Shown one piece after another: positions 10,308 to 19,822 of a stretch of DNA of 64,000 nt. Numbering within the stretch: position 1 is the stretch's first letter; every line of letters starts with the position of its first letter. The position numbers and the translations under genes were made by a program. The notes beneath the pieces are model-generated. The model was not told the DNA's origin. It did no database searches and worked only from the letters and a program-made list of their open reading frames with translations. Origin of the DNA: Minisyncoccota bacterium (lineage in GTDB: Bacteria; Patescibacteriota; Minisyncoccia; Phycocordibacterales; Phycocordibacteraceae); the NCBI GenBank assembly GCA_022842945.1, contig JALHOO010000002.1:25030-89029 (forward strand), read 5' to 3'.

Positions 10308-11035
10308 TGCGTAACGTAGGCGAGCAGATAGCCGGCCGCGAGAAAAGGCACGAACGGTACTTCAATACCTATTCTATGGCCTTTGGGCGCTCGCACCAAT
10401 ATACCAATGCCAACAACTGCACCTATCCAAAATGAGAACAAGAGTCCTGGAATCGCGAGCGTGCTGCCAACCAGTGTAGCGAGTGCAAACGCAACCGGCG
10501 CGTCCCCGAGCCCCATGGCACGCCCTCCAGAAAACGCATAGAGCAGAAAGAATCCAAGACCTATGAACCCTGCGATCATGAGTGTCGCACCGAGCAGTTG
10601 CACTGCACTTGAGGATAGAAGAGCGTAGAGCACTGCAAAGAGAATGAGAAGCAATGAACTTGCAGGTGGCACGATGGTATGACGCAGATCGTAGAGGACA
10701 ATGAACGTGAGCGTAGTAAGTGCAAGTAGAAATGGTATGAGAGCAAGAGTGAACCCTATCTTTACATAGGCAATCGCAAACAACGTACCGAGCACTGCTT
10801 CGCTTATGGTGTAGGACACGGGCACCTTTGCCTTACAGGTGCGACACCTCCCCCTTGATCCTATCCATGAGAACACCGGCACCAGGTCCAGCGCTGTTAG
10901 TTCCCTGCTACACGAGTTGCATTGAGATCTCCCTTTAATCCAAGACTGCCCCGTATACAAGCGCTCGGCAATAACTGCCATGAAGCTGGCGAGAATGGCA
11001 CCGAGAACAAAGAACGGTATGACGAAAAGATCCAT
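10280..11035 (-). CDS. pilD: Prepilin peptidase (A24 family)
   Basis: Polytopic membrane protein with a CNSC...CRTC zinc-binding tetracysteine, typical of PilD. Confidence 0.8.
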   Translation of the reverse strand: MDLFVIPFFVLGAILASFMAVIAERLYTGQSWIKGRSQCNSCSRELTALDLVPVFSWIGSRGRCRTCKAKVPVSYTISEAVLGTLFAIAYVKIGFTLALIPFLLALTTLTFIVLYDLRHTIVPPASSLLLILFAVLYALLSSSAVQLLGATLMIAGFIGLGFFLLYAFSGGRAMGLGDAPVAFALATLVGSTLAIPGLLFSFWIGAVVGIGILVRAPKGHRIGIEVPFVPFLAAGYLLAYVTQWNPLLLTF

Positions 11036-11074
11036 AATGCTTCTAGTATAACGTCCTTAATAGACATATACGCA

Positions 11075-11102
11075 AAAAGCTCCGACGTGCGGAGCTTTTT
11101 GC
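11075..11102 (-). terminator. Intrinsic terminator after the major pilin gene (GCTCCGCACGTCGGAGC + U-tract)
   Basis: Hairpin AAAAAGCTCCG-ACGTG-CGGAGCTTTTTGCG seen. The U-run is on the minus-strand RNA. Confidence 0.65.
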
Positions 11103-11117
11103 GCTTGTGTGTGCGAA

Positions 11118-11564
11118 CTAGTTCTGTGAAGTACACGTTCCACAGGCCCCTGCGCTCTGTGCGCCAGCCGTACCACACTTCTTGCCGGTTGAGTCAACGC
11201 ACCAGAAGGCTGTTGCCATACCTGAAGGGCGTGTTGAAGAAACAGCGTACGCGCCAGCTGCGCCAGTGCACGATACACCCGTTCCAGTACCGTTTGCATT
11301 CTCTGCAGAAGCAATAGCCTGTACAACAGACGCATCTGAACATACCGTTGCGTAGCTTGGAGACGCTGCACCGTCGTAGACGATCTCTGCCTGTGTTGCG
11401 ATAGAGGCAAGGTTCGACTTGATGGAAGCGTCGTTCCCTCGACTACGCGCCGTATTGAGGGATGCGAGTACGACGGAGGAGAGGATACCGATGATGGCAA
11501 TAACGACGAGGAGCTCGATGAGCGTAAAGCCGCGATCTGCCTTCTTAATGTGTCCGAGTGTCAT
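11118..11564 (-). CDS. pilA: Type IV major pilin (PilA-like) with C-terminal disulfide pairs
   Basis: RGFTLIELLVVIAIIGILSSVVLASLNTAR. Start moved to the internal Met (MTLGHIKKADRGFTL). Confidence 0.8.
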   Translation of the reverse strand: MTLGHIKKADRGFTLIELLVVIAIIGILSSVVLASLNTARSRGNDASIKSNLASIATQAEIVYDGAASPSYATVCSDASVVQAIASAENANGTGTGVSCTGAAGAYAVSSTRPSGMATAFWCVDSTGKKCGTAGAQSAGACGTCTSQN

Positions 11565-11668
11565 AGAGTCTATAAATGAATTAATGCGCATAATGGGTAA
11601 CTATCCGCTTCTCCACATTGTACGCCACCCTTCTCCCTGTCTCGGTGTCCATGGGGATAACGGGTGGT

Positions 11669-12877
11669 TTACGAAATCGAGCCGGCAAGGTTATAGATTG
11701 GAATAAGCACAGACGCAAGCAGGGTTCCCACACCAAGACCAAGGAGCACAATCATCATAGGCTCGATAAGGTCCACAAGGGTATCAACGGCCGTAGTAAC
11801 CTCGCGCTGGTAGAACTTGGCAAGGGTTGTAAGGATGTTCCCAAGCTCTCCGGTCTCCTCACCCACTCGCACCATTGCGGTCATAATGCCGGGAATTTCT
11901 GCATGCTGAGCTAAAGCATCAGAAATAGACGAACCTCCCTTCACCGCCTCCCCCACCTCAAGCAGAATAGTCTCGTAGGTAGCGCTCCCTACAACTGCAC
12001 CTGTTATCTCAACCGCCTCAACAACCGGCACACCCGACACAAGCATCGTTGCAAAGTTGTCCGCAATGCGCGAAAGGTAGAGCTTCTGATATAGATCGCC
12101 CACATAGGGCACCTCAAGCTTAAGCTTGTCGAAGAAGAGTTTTCCTGCCTCTGTCTGCAGAGAGCGATACACAAAGAATGCGCCAACGCCCATAGCAATG
12201 AGAAGAAGGAATCCGTAGTTAACTAAGAAATCAGATGCGGTAATAACTACCTGCGTATAGACCGGTATTGCCTGTCCTGAGTCCTTGAGGATGGAGGCGA
12301 TACGCGGGATAACCATCGTGAGCATGAGACCCATAACCACGAAGAACACACCGATAACGAACGCCGGGTAGATAAGCGCATTCTGCGCCTTCGACATAAC
12401 CTCGTACGTGCGATCGAGGTAATCAGCAAGATATCCAAAGGTCTCTGAAAGACGTCCCGACTCCTCGCCGGATCGCACCATGTTTACATAGAAGCTTGAG
12501 AATACTTTAGGGTGCCTTGAAAGCGCTTTTGAAATAGGACTTCCTCCCTGCAGATCGTCTGCAACCTGCGTCATAACCTCTGCAAGCGTCTTGTTATCAA
12601 CTTCGCTCGCAAGGAGACGGAAGATGCGAAGCGCTGATACTTGGGCCTCGAACAAAGTCGCTATCTGCCGAGAGAGGATAACCACTTCTTTATTCGACAC
12701 ATGCTTAAGGAAACTCAGCTCAACATTGAGAAGCGACTTCTTCTCAATAGGCTCAATGGAAGAAACGATAAGACCACGGCGCTGGAGCGTAGAGACTGCA
12801 ACATCTACCGACAGGGCTTCAACGGTACCTGCCCGTTCATGTCCATCCTTGTCGAGTGCGTGATAGGAAAAAAGCAT
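11669..12877 (-). CDS. pilC: Type IV pilus assembly platform protein (GspF/PilC family)
   Basis: 402 aa, duplicated T2SF domains, 3 TM segments. Confidence 0.85.
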   Translation of the reverse strand: MLFSYHALDKDGHERAGTVEALSVDVAVSTLQRRGLIVSSIEPIEKKSLLNVELSFLKHVSNKEVVILSRQIATLFEAQVSALRIFRLLASEVDNKTLAEVMTQVADDLQGGSPISKALSRHPKVFSSFYVNMVRSGEESGRLSETFGYLADYLDRTYEVMSKAQNALIYPAFVIGVFFVVMGLMLTMVIPRIASILKDSGQAIPVYTQVVITASDFLVNYGFLLLIAMGVGAFFVYRSLQTEAGKLFFDKLKLEVPYVGDLYQKLYLSRIADNFATMLVSGVPVVEAVEITGAVVGSATYETILLEVGEAVKGGSSISDALAQHAEIPGIMTAMVRVGEETGELGNILTTLAKFYQREVTTAVDTLVDLIEPMMIVLLGLGVGTLLASVLIPIYNLAGSIS

Positions 12878-12883
12878 AGGGCG

Positions 12884-13951
12884 TTATAGATACCGCTCGA
12901 AGGTCTTTGGATCGTTCGCACGCTCATACGCGTGCTCGATAGTAACTTCGCCTCGGCGAACAAGCTCCGCGAGAGAGCGGTCCATATCAATCATGCCCTC
13001 CTGGGAACTCGTCTGAATAACCGTTGTTATCTCGTGTGTACGTCCTTCACGAATAAGGTTTGAGACCGCACTGTTGTTTATGAGAAGCTCATACGCAGGC
13101 AACTGGCCTCCTGAGATGCGCGGAATAAGACGCTGGCTGAAGATACCCGCAAGAGACCCTGCAAGCTGCACACGTACCTGGTCCTGCTGGTTTGGCGGGA
13201 ACATGTCGATAATACGATCAATAGTCTGCGCGGCATTGTTGGTGTGAAGTGTAGAAAGCACCAAGTGTCCGGTCTCCGCTGCCGTAACCGCGCTTGAGAT
13301 AGTCTCCTGGTTACGCATCTCCCCCACCATGATTACGTTCACGTCCTCACGGAATGCTGAGTTAAGTGCTGAATGGAAGTCAGGCGTATCAATGTGCACT
13401 TCACGCTGATGAATAAGAGACTTCTTCTGCTCGAAGATGTACTCAACCGGATCCTCGATCGTCACAATATGCTCCGCACGCGTCTCATTAATGCGATCAA
13501 TGATGGTCGCAAGTGTCGTGGACTTTCCCTGCCCCACCGGACCCACAACCAAGAAGAATCCCTGGGACCTCTGACTGAACACTTCGAGGATGGGTGGAAG
13601 GTTCAAGCTCTCAAAGGAACGGATCTGATGCGGAATGAGACGCATGGCGATAGTAACCGCTCCCTGCACCATGTATCCGTTGATACGAAAGCGTGCCTTG
13701 GAAGTATGTGCGTATGAAAAGTCTATAGACTGCTCAGCAGCAAAACGCTCGAATCTACTGGCTGGCGCAATGCTCTTAAGGTACCCAAGAGTGACCTCTG
13801 GAGTGAGTACCGGATGCTGAAGAAGCGGTACGAGTGAACCGGAGATGCGCACAATTGGATTATTCCCTGCTGAAAGATGCAGGTCAGAGCCGCCTTCAGA
13901 CACTACGGTATCAAGCAGTGCTTTAAGTGTTGCATCTATCTGTTCATTCAT
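12884..13951 (-). CDS. pilT: Twitching-motility/retraction ATPase
   Basis: 355 aa. Walker A GPVGQGKSTT. PilT-length secretion ATPase. Confidence 0.8.
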   Translation of the reverse strand: MNEQIDATLKALLDTVVSEGGSDLHLSAGNNPIVRISGSLVPLLQHPVLTPEVTLGYLKSIAPASRFERFAAEQSIDFSYAHTSKARFRINGYMVQGAVTIAMRLIPHQIRSFESLNLPPILEVFSQRSQGFFLVVGPVGQGKSTTLATIIDRINETRAEHIVTIEDPVEYIFEQKKSLIHQREVHIDTPDFHSALNSAFREDVNVIMVGEMRNQETISSAVTAAETGHLVLSTLHTNNAAQTIDRIIDMFPPNQQDQVRVQLAGSLAGIFSQRLIPRISGGQLPAYELLINNSAVSNLIREGRTHEITTVIQTSSQEGMIDMDRSLAELVRRGEVTIEHAYERANDPKTFERYL

Positions 13952-13953
13952 GC

Positions 13954-14337
13954 TTAAGCCTCAATTATCTTTATGGTCTCTGCAAATACTTCGGACGGGA
14001 TAGCGGAAGCCTTGATGATGTAGCCGTGAGCGCCCAGTGCCTTCGCCTGTGCAATATCTGACTCCTGTCCCTGGTTTGAGAGAACAATCTTTTTCATCGC
14101 TCCTCCAAGATTCTCTTTCTTAATCGCTTCGAGAATTTCAAACCCGGTCATTTCGGGCATAACAATGTCTACAAGAAGCGCGTCCGGTGCAGAGTGCTCA
14201 CGGAGTGCTACGAGGAGATCGACGCCACCTGCAAATGCCGTTACCTCGTGCCCTGCCGCCTTGAACTTAACGGCATACATGTCCAACAGGAATCGGTCGT
14301 CATCAACAAGGTAGAGGCGGTAGGGTGCAGTAGGCAT
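13954..14337 (-). CDS. Single-domain CheY-like response regulator embedded between pilB and pilT (PilH/PilG-like)
   Basis: REC domain with DDD...D...K residues. Start moved to the internal Met (MPTAPYRLYLVDDD). Confidence 0.7.
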   Translation of the reverse strand: MPTAPYRLYLVDDDRFLLDMYAVKFKAAGHEVTAFAGGVDLLVALREHSAPDALLVDIVMPEMTGFEILEAIKKENLGGAMKKIVLSNQGQESDIAQAKALGAHGYIIKASAIPSEVFAETIKIIEA

Positions 14338-14344
14338 ACGTGAT

Positions 14345-16099
14345 CTATTTAGGTGCAGTCTCCCCTTCTTCGTCGAGAATGGTCTGGCCACCCAGCGCAT
14401 TCACCTCTTCGAAAGGAATCTGTCCTGCTAACGCTTTAATGATAGCATCCTCGCGCATGGTAAACATGCCCTTGGCGCGAGCGGCCGCATACACCGATTC
14501 CTCTGTAGGAGTGGTGAGCACTACGTGTTCTAGTTCCTTATCCATACGTAGGAACTCAAAGACTGCGAGGCGTCCACGGGTTCCGTTCGGACAGTCAGGG
14601 GTAGCCTGGGCGCTGTAGAACGTATCAAATGCCGGGAGGTTTTGACGATACTCCTCAGGAAGGTCGTTGAACTCACGCGTGAGAAGACCCTTCATACTCT
14701 CTGAAAGAGGCATGGGCTTCCCCGCCCCCGGACAGAGCTTGCGGACCAGTCGCTGACTAATAGCCGCAATGAGGGTTGGTGCAATGAGGTAGGGGTCGAC
14801 ACCCATATCAACCAAGCGAGGAATAACACCCGCGGCGGTGTTGGTGTGGATGGTTGAGAACACGAGGTGCCCGGTAAGCGCAGCCTGGATAGCAAGCTGT
14901 GCGGTCTCTTTGTCGCGAATCTCTCCCACCATAATAATGTCCGGGTCCTGGCGAAGAATAGAGCGGAGGCCCGATGCGAAGGTGTAGCCAATCTCCGGAC
15001 GCACCTGTGATTGCGACACGCCAGCAATCTCATACTCAACCGGATCCTCAACCGACACTACGTTTGCAGATTCCCGATCAAGCTCGGTAAGCATCGAAAA
15101 GAGCGTGGTCGACTTTCCAGAACCTGTAGGTCCCGCAATGAGAATAATGCCGTACGGCTTCTTGATAATCTCTCGCACCTGCGCAAGGTCCGTAGCAGAC
15201 AGACCGATGGTCTCAAGGGTTGCGACTGACTTTGCGCTATCAAGAATACGCATCACCACCTTCTCCCCTCCTTGGGTTGGGAACGTCGATACACGGAAAT
15301 CAATACGGCGCCCCTCAACCGTTGCTGAGAAGCGTCCGTCCTGTGGTTTTCGTTTCTCATCAAGGCGCATCTGCGAAAGAATCTTGATACGCGCCACAAC
15401 CGCAGGGTGCACCTTTGCCGGAAGCTCAAGAGACGTATGGAGCTCTCCATCCATGCGGAAGCGCACGCGTGTTTTCTCAGGCGTTGGCTCTACATGAATA
15501 TCTGAAGCCCCGCCTTCTACCGCGTAGCGTAGTATGGTTGCCACAATCTTTGTAACCGGCGCATCCGCCTTGATGTTGGTCTCCTGCACACCTTCGGCTG
15601 GAGCCGCTTCCTTACCCTCATCAAGATCTACCGGCGCGCCCTCGATTTCAGAGAGTGCCTCACCCACTTCTCCGGAGAGATTCTCGTATTCCTTAAGTAC
15701 ACGATCAAAGTCTGTCTGCGAGATTATGAAAAGCTTGTACGGCATACTCACCCGGCTCGATATGAACTGGAGTGCGTCGAGTGCCTCAATGTTGTCCGGG
15801 TCAAGAATACCTACGGACAGCGCACCGTCTGTTGCCTCTATAGGTACGAAGCCGTAATGCCGCGCGGACTCTTCTGGAATAAAGGAGAGGGTGTGCGTGT
15901 CTGAGAGCTCGGACGGCAGCTTACGATACGGAATCTGGTACTTCTGCGACACCGCCTCGTACGCAGTATCAAGTGCAATCTTGCGCTTCTCGAGCGCCAT
16001 ATCAACCGTTACCCCCTTTGAACGTACCTCTTCCTCAACGCTTGCAGCGTCTTCAGGTGTGAGGATTCCTTTTTCTGTTAGAAGAGCAACGAGATTCAT
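14345..16099 (-). CDS. pilB: Type IV pilus extension ATPase (GspE/PilB family)
   Basis: 584 aa. N-terminal T2SSE_N domain. Walker A GPTGSGKSTT. Confidence 0.85.
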   Translation of the reverse strand: MNLVALLTEKGILTPEDAASVEEEVRSKGVTVDMALEKRKIALDTAYEAVSQKYQIPYRKLPSELSDTHTLSFIPEESARHYGFVPIEATDGALSVGILDPDNIEALDALQFISSRVSMPYKLFIISQTDFDRVLKEYENLSGEVGEALSEIEGAPVDLDEGKEAAPAEGVQETNIKADAPVTKIVATILRYAVEGGASDIHVEPTPEKTRVRFRMDGELHTSLELPAKVHPAVVARIKILSQMRLDEKRKPQDGRFSATVEGRRIDFRVSTFPTQGGEKVVMRILDSAKSVATLETIGLSATDLAQVREIIKKPYGIILIAGPTGSGKSTTLFSMLTELDRESANVVSVEDPVEYEIAGVSQSQVRPEIGYTFASGLRSILRQDPDIIMVGEIRDKETAQLAIQAALTGHLVFSTIHTNTAAGVIPRLVDMGVDPYLIAPTLIAAISQRLVRKLCPGAGKPMPLSESMKGLLTREFNDLPEEYRQNLPAFDTFYSAQATPDCPNGTRGRLAVFEFLRMDKELEHVVLTTPTEESVYAAARAKGMFTMREDAIIKALAGQIPFEEVNALGGQTILDEEGETAPK

Positions 16100-16222
16100 C
16101 TAATGGGAGCCGAAGTTCAAGACCTCGAGATTATAAAACGGTCGATAATATACTGCCCTGCGACCCTGACTTCCCTAAGTGTACTACGTGCACGAACACT
16201 ACACGCAGTGCATGCGGGGAAA

Positions 16223-16528
16223 TCACTCTGCAGCCACACCGGGAAGTGGCGAAAACGGATCCGTACGTCCTTCTACTTCCGGCTGGATAACGGTCTTGAT
16301 GTCTACCAATGCCTCAAAGCGAGGATCGCGGAGTACCGTTACATCGAATGAGATCGAACCAAGCTGTGCGGCAAGCGTGAGGAAGGTAGCTTGTGCCGCG
16401 CTTGAGGCACCCACACTAGTGGTAATAGTGTCTTCAGCATTCGGACGCATCCAAAGGAAGTACGCAATAACACCGAGCACCACAATAGCGGCCGCAATAG
16501 TTATGGAAGTGTTCTTTGAAAGTGCCAT
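16223..16528 (-). CDS. Small single-pass membrane protein in the pilus cluster (possible PilP-analog)
   Basis: 101 aa, one TM helix. Located between pilO and pilB. Confidence 0.35.
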   Translation of the reverse strand: MALSKNTSITIAAAIVVLGVIAYFLWMRPNAEDTITTSVGASSAAQATFLTLAAQLGSISFDVTVLRDPRFEALVDIKTVIQPEVEGRTDPFSPLPGVAAE

Positions 16529-16532
16529 AGAG

Positions 16533-17117
16533 TTATTTGAGCCAGTAAAGACGGAACGTAATGTCGTAGGTGTAAATACCGGTCTGAGAGTCAGTAACGG
16601 AAATCTCTACCACGTCGATATGACGAAGACTGTTCTCAACACCCAGAAGGAATGTCTGGAACGCCGCATAACTACCGGTTGCTGCTACAGAAAGGTCGAG
16701 AGACTCGGTGGGTTCTCCAGCACTCAGCGCAAGCGCACCACTACCCCCTCCTCCAAGTGGCGCCGTGCCCTGGGTGCTAGAGGCCTCAGTGTTGCTTTCA
16801 ATACTAAACTCGGACAGCTGTACTCCTGAGCGCGCCGCAAGCGAGTTCAGGTCAACAATGAGTCTAACGTTGTCTACGTTATCTGGAAGAAACGACTCGA
16901 GACGTATGATCTGTTCGTCCGTAATAGCAGCGCGATCACGTGTAAGCTGAATCTCTTTCTCCTTGAAGTCTGTGGCGGCCGCAAGCGCCGTATCAAGGTC
17001 TCGTATCTCTGTCGTGAGATCAACAATAGAACCGCTATACGTAGGCTGCACATACCCAATAAAGAGGCCGGCAGCGCCGATAATCATGAGGAGCGGGATG
17101 ATGCGAGTGAATATCAT
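16533..17117 (-). CDS. pilO: Type IV pilus biogenesis protein PilO-like
   Basis: N-terminal TM plus coiled coil and PilO-like periplasmic domain. 4-nt overlap with pilN. Confidence 0.6.
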   Translation of the reverse strand: MIFTRIIPLLMIIGAAGLFIGYVQPTYSGSIVDLTTEIRDLDTALAAATDFKEKEIQLTRDRAAITDEQIIRLESFLPDNVDNVRLIVDLNSLAARSGVQLSEFSIESNTEASSTQGTAPLGGGGSGALALSAGEPTESLDLSVAATGSYAAFQTFLLGVENSLRHIDVVEISVTDSQTGIYTYDITFRLYWLK

Positions 17118-17836
17118 GGTTGTGGAGTGCTAGTGGCACGCGTACTTGAGGCAGTGGTTGTGCCGGGTGTCGTTGCTGGCTGCAGATTTGGAGCCACGGG
17201 CTCGTTCACAACAGGAGGGGGTACTGTACCTGAAGACGGCTCAGAAATACCAGGGAACGCTTCTGCTGAGGTAATGAGTCTCGGGTCCAGAGTTGCCGTC
17301 ACCGAGAATCCAACGGTGCCATTTGTGTTTACTGAAATGTCAGAAAAGATTGCACTCTTGATGCGCTTCTCACTTGCTATAGCGGTGGTCTGCGCCGCAA
17401 GCGCATTAAAGCTACGGGCAACACCCTCCATAGTCACTTCTGCGGAACGGTCTTCGTTTACCGAAAGCGAAAGCGTATTGAAACGAACGGTCTGCAAAGT
17501 CTTTGCTTCAAGGACCGTAAAGAACTTTGTAAGCTCGATGTGATCGTTCAGCATTCGCTCCACCTCAACTAGGCGGTTCTTAAGTCGAATGAAACCTTCC
17601 ACCACATCAAGGTTAACTGATCGCTGTGCCTGAAGGAGTTCTGCAGACTTCGCATCGCGTGCACTCTTCAGGTAGAGTTCGTACCCAAAGACTCCAGCCG
17701 CAACAAGTGCACTAATACCCGCAACGGCAATAGCAATCAAAAGAAGCACGCTACGTCCGCTCTTTTGAGAACGTGCGTGCGTTGATACCGGTTGTTTTGG
17801 TACGAACGAGGTTGGAATGGTCGGAGGTAATGCCAC
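17114..17836 (-). CDS. pilN: Type IV pilus biogenesis protein PilN-like
   Basis: Single TM then coiled-coil region. Operon position between pilM and pilO. Confidence 0.6.
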   Translation of the reverse strand: MALPPTIPTSFVPKQPVSTHARSQKSGRSVLLLIAIAVAGISALVAAGVFGYELYLKSARDAKSAELLQAQRSVNLDVVEGFIRLKNRLVEVERMLNDHIELTKFFTVLEAKTLQTVRFNTLSLSVNEDRSAEVTMEGVARSFNALAAQTTAIASEKRIKSAIFSDISVNTNGTVGFSVTATLDPRLITSAEAFPGISEPSSGTVPPPVVNEPVAPNLQPATTPGTTTASSTRATSTPQP

Positions 17837-17904
17837 AGTGGTGTTAAGTATACGGGAGAATGTGCGCTATAGAGGCTTCTTATGCACAGAGACCATGAAG
17901 ATGC

Positions 17905-18993
17905 CTACTCCTCTTCTTCAAGCTTGCGCAGTGCAAGACCTACCGCAACCGCGAACTCTGGACCAATAGCCTGCAGTACCGGACGCATGAACTCAGGAGC
18001 CTGTGTCTTGCTGAAAGGATCGGCGACACGCACATCTACAGAGAAGAATCCCTTTGCGTACGCCTCGAGCTCTTTGGTTACGCCCCCTCCCCCCGTAAGA
18101 ACCAAGCAGGAGACTTTCGCATTCTTCGCCATTTCATACTGCGTAAGCGCACGCTTCGCCTCTTCAAAGATGCGCGAGAACACGAGCTCAATAGAACGAT
18201 GGTCGTAGGTCCCTGCTTCCTGCGTAAAGCCATGCGCTTTCTTAAGGGTCTCAGCATCTCCCACCGTAATACCTTGTGAGGTGGCGATGGTGCGTGTCAC
18301 GTCCTGCCCGCCACTTGGAATGTTGTGCGAGAACGCAACCACGCCGTGCTCAACCACATACACCTTCGTAGCACTTGCACCAATATCAAGGACAAGCACT
18401 GGCTTAACCGGCTCATCAACTACAGAACGAATGGTGCTGAATATCTCAATCTCATAGAAGGTTGCCGAAAGCTCGGACCCTCGTACCACACCCTCAAGCA
18501 AAGAGAGCTCGTCGTTATGCACGGCCACAAGCAGCACCTGCACCTTAGGAGGAGGTGCTGCTCCTTCAGGAATAGCTTCCGGAAGAATAAACCAGTCGAG
18601 CTGCACCTCCGTTACGGGTACGGGAATATACTTTCTCGCCTCGAGCTCAATTACCGTCTTTTGCTCCTCCGGACTATCTCTCCGAGGAAGCTCAACGAGT
18701 GTAAGTAGAGTACGAGAGAACGGGATAGAAATCCCCGCGTCTTTCGTAGTTACATTAGCTTCACGTAGGAGGTCGTTGAGTGTCTCTGCAATCTTTGCCG
18801 CAGGAAGATTGGTTGCCTGTCCCACCTCAACGCCCGCGTACGGACCCAGGGCGAGCTCGCCATAGGTCTCAAGCACCGCAGTGCCTCCCTGGCGACGCAG
18901 CTGCACCACTTTCAAAGACGAGGAGCCTATGTCCACGCCGATTACGCTCTTCGACTTCTTTGTGTCACCGAAAAGTTTTGTGAGGAACCCCAT
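17905..18993 (-). CDS. pilM: Type IV pilus assembly ATPase-like actin-fold protein
   Basis: VIGVDIGSSSLKVVQL actin-like N-terminus. 362 aa. Confidence 0.8.
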   Translation of the reverse strand: MGFLTKLFGDTKKSKSVIGVDIGSSSLKVVQLRRQGGTAVLETYGELALGPYAGVEVGQATNLPAAKIAETLNDLLREANVTTKDAGISIPFSRTLLTLVELPRRDSPEEQKTVIELEARKYIPVPVTEVQLDWFILPEAIPEGAAPPPKVQVLLVAVHNDELSLLEGVVRGSELSATFYEIEIFSTIRSVVDEPVKPVLVLDIGASATKVYVVEHGVVAFSHNIPSGGQDVTRTIATSQGITVGDAETLKKAHGFTQEAGTYDHRSIELVFSRIFEEAKRALTQYEMAKNAKVSCLVLTGGGGVTKELEAYAKGFFSVDVRVADPFSKTQAPEFMRPVLQAIGPEFAVAVGLALRKLEEEE

Positions 18994-19015
18994 AACGGGA
19001 TTGTATCATGCAGGC

Positions 19016-19642
19016 ATGAAGCTCCTCCGTGCATTGTTTACGCTATTGTTCCCAGAGCGCCCCTCGGAAACTATCGTTGCGGATCTCACCCCTGAATCCC
19101 TAGGCACCCTCGCAGAACCTACGCAAGGAGAAAGGAACATCGTCTCCCTTCTCCCCTATCGCGCACCTCTCGTGAGAGCGTGCATACGCGAAGCTAAGTT
19201 CCATGCAAACCCAAAGGCATGGACGCTCCTAGGGAGCATACTTGCGGACTATGTACGGGAACTAGAGTCTGATTGGAATACGTTCGAAGACCACCAGATT
19301 ATTCTTGTTCCTATACCTCTTTCTAGAAGGCGTATGAAAGATCGAGGATATAACCAGGTGGAGCGGATTGCAGAGAGTGCTCGCACCTCATACGCACACC
19401 TTCGCATTAAGAATACTCTTCTGGTGCGCGTGCGAGATACCCTTCCCCAGACCGGCCTTAGGGGTCATGCAAGGAGACACAATCTTAAGGGTGCTTTTGA
19501 GGTGCACGGTGCACTCAACTCTACACATACCTATATAGTGTTAGACGACGTAACCACCACCGGCACAACCCTCGCCACTGCCTGTAGGACCCTTGTTTCA
19601 TCTGGCGCCATCCGTGTTTTAGGCCTTTCATTGGCGCATTAG
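19016..19642 (+). CDS. comFC: ComF family phosphoribosyltransferase-domain competence protein
   Basis: YIVLDDVTTTGTTL PRTase motif. Divergent from pilM. Confidence 0.7.
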   Translation: MKLLRALFTLLFPERPSETIVADLTPESLGTLAEPTQGERNIVSLLPYRAPLVRACIREAKFHANPKAWTLLGSILADYVRELESDWNTFEDHQIILVPIPLSRRRMKDRGYNQVERIAESARTSYAHLRIKNTLLVRVRDTLPQTGLRGHARRHNLKGAFEVHGALNSTHTYIVLDDVTTTGTTLATACRTLVSSGAIRVLGLSLAH

Positions 19643-19668
19643 GCCGGAAGTGTTATTTTTGGAATACT

Positions 19669-19758
19669 GGAGACGTGGCTGAGTGGTCGAAAGTACCTCA
19701 CTGCTAACGAGGCGAGCTGTAAAAGGCTCCGAGGGTTCGAATCCCTCCGTCTCCGCCA
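19669..19758 (+). tRNA. tRNA-Ser (anticodon GCU), long variable arm, encoded CCA
   Basis: Hand-folded: acceptor GGAGACG/CGTCTCC, anticodon loop CTGCTAA, T-arm GGGTTCGAATCCC. Confidence 0.8.
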
Positions 19759-19822
19759 AACACTATTTCTCACCACGGTTCTCTATGCGCCGGACGGAGT
19801 AATAGCTGGTATACACACAAGA

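Noticed and set aside
16179-16829. 216-aa plus-strand ORF
   Set aside because: Antisense to pilO and the small TM gene inside a tightly packed minus-strand operon.
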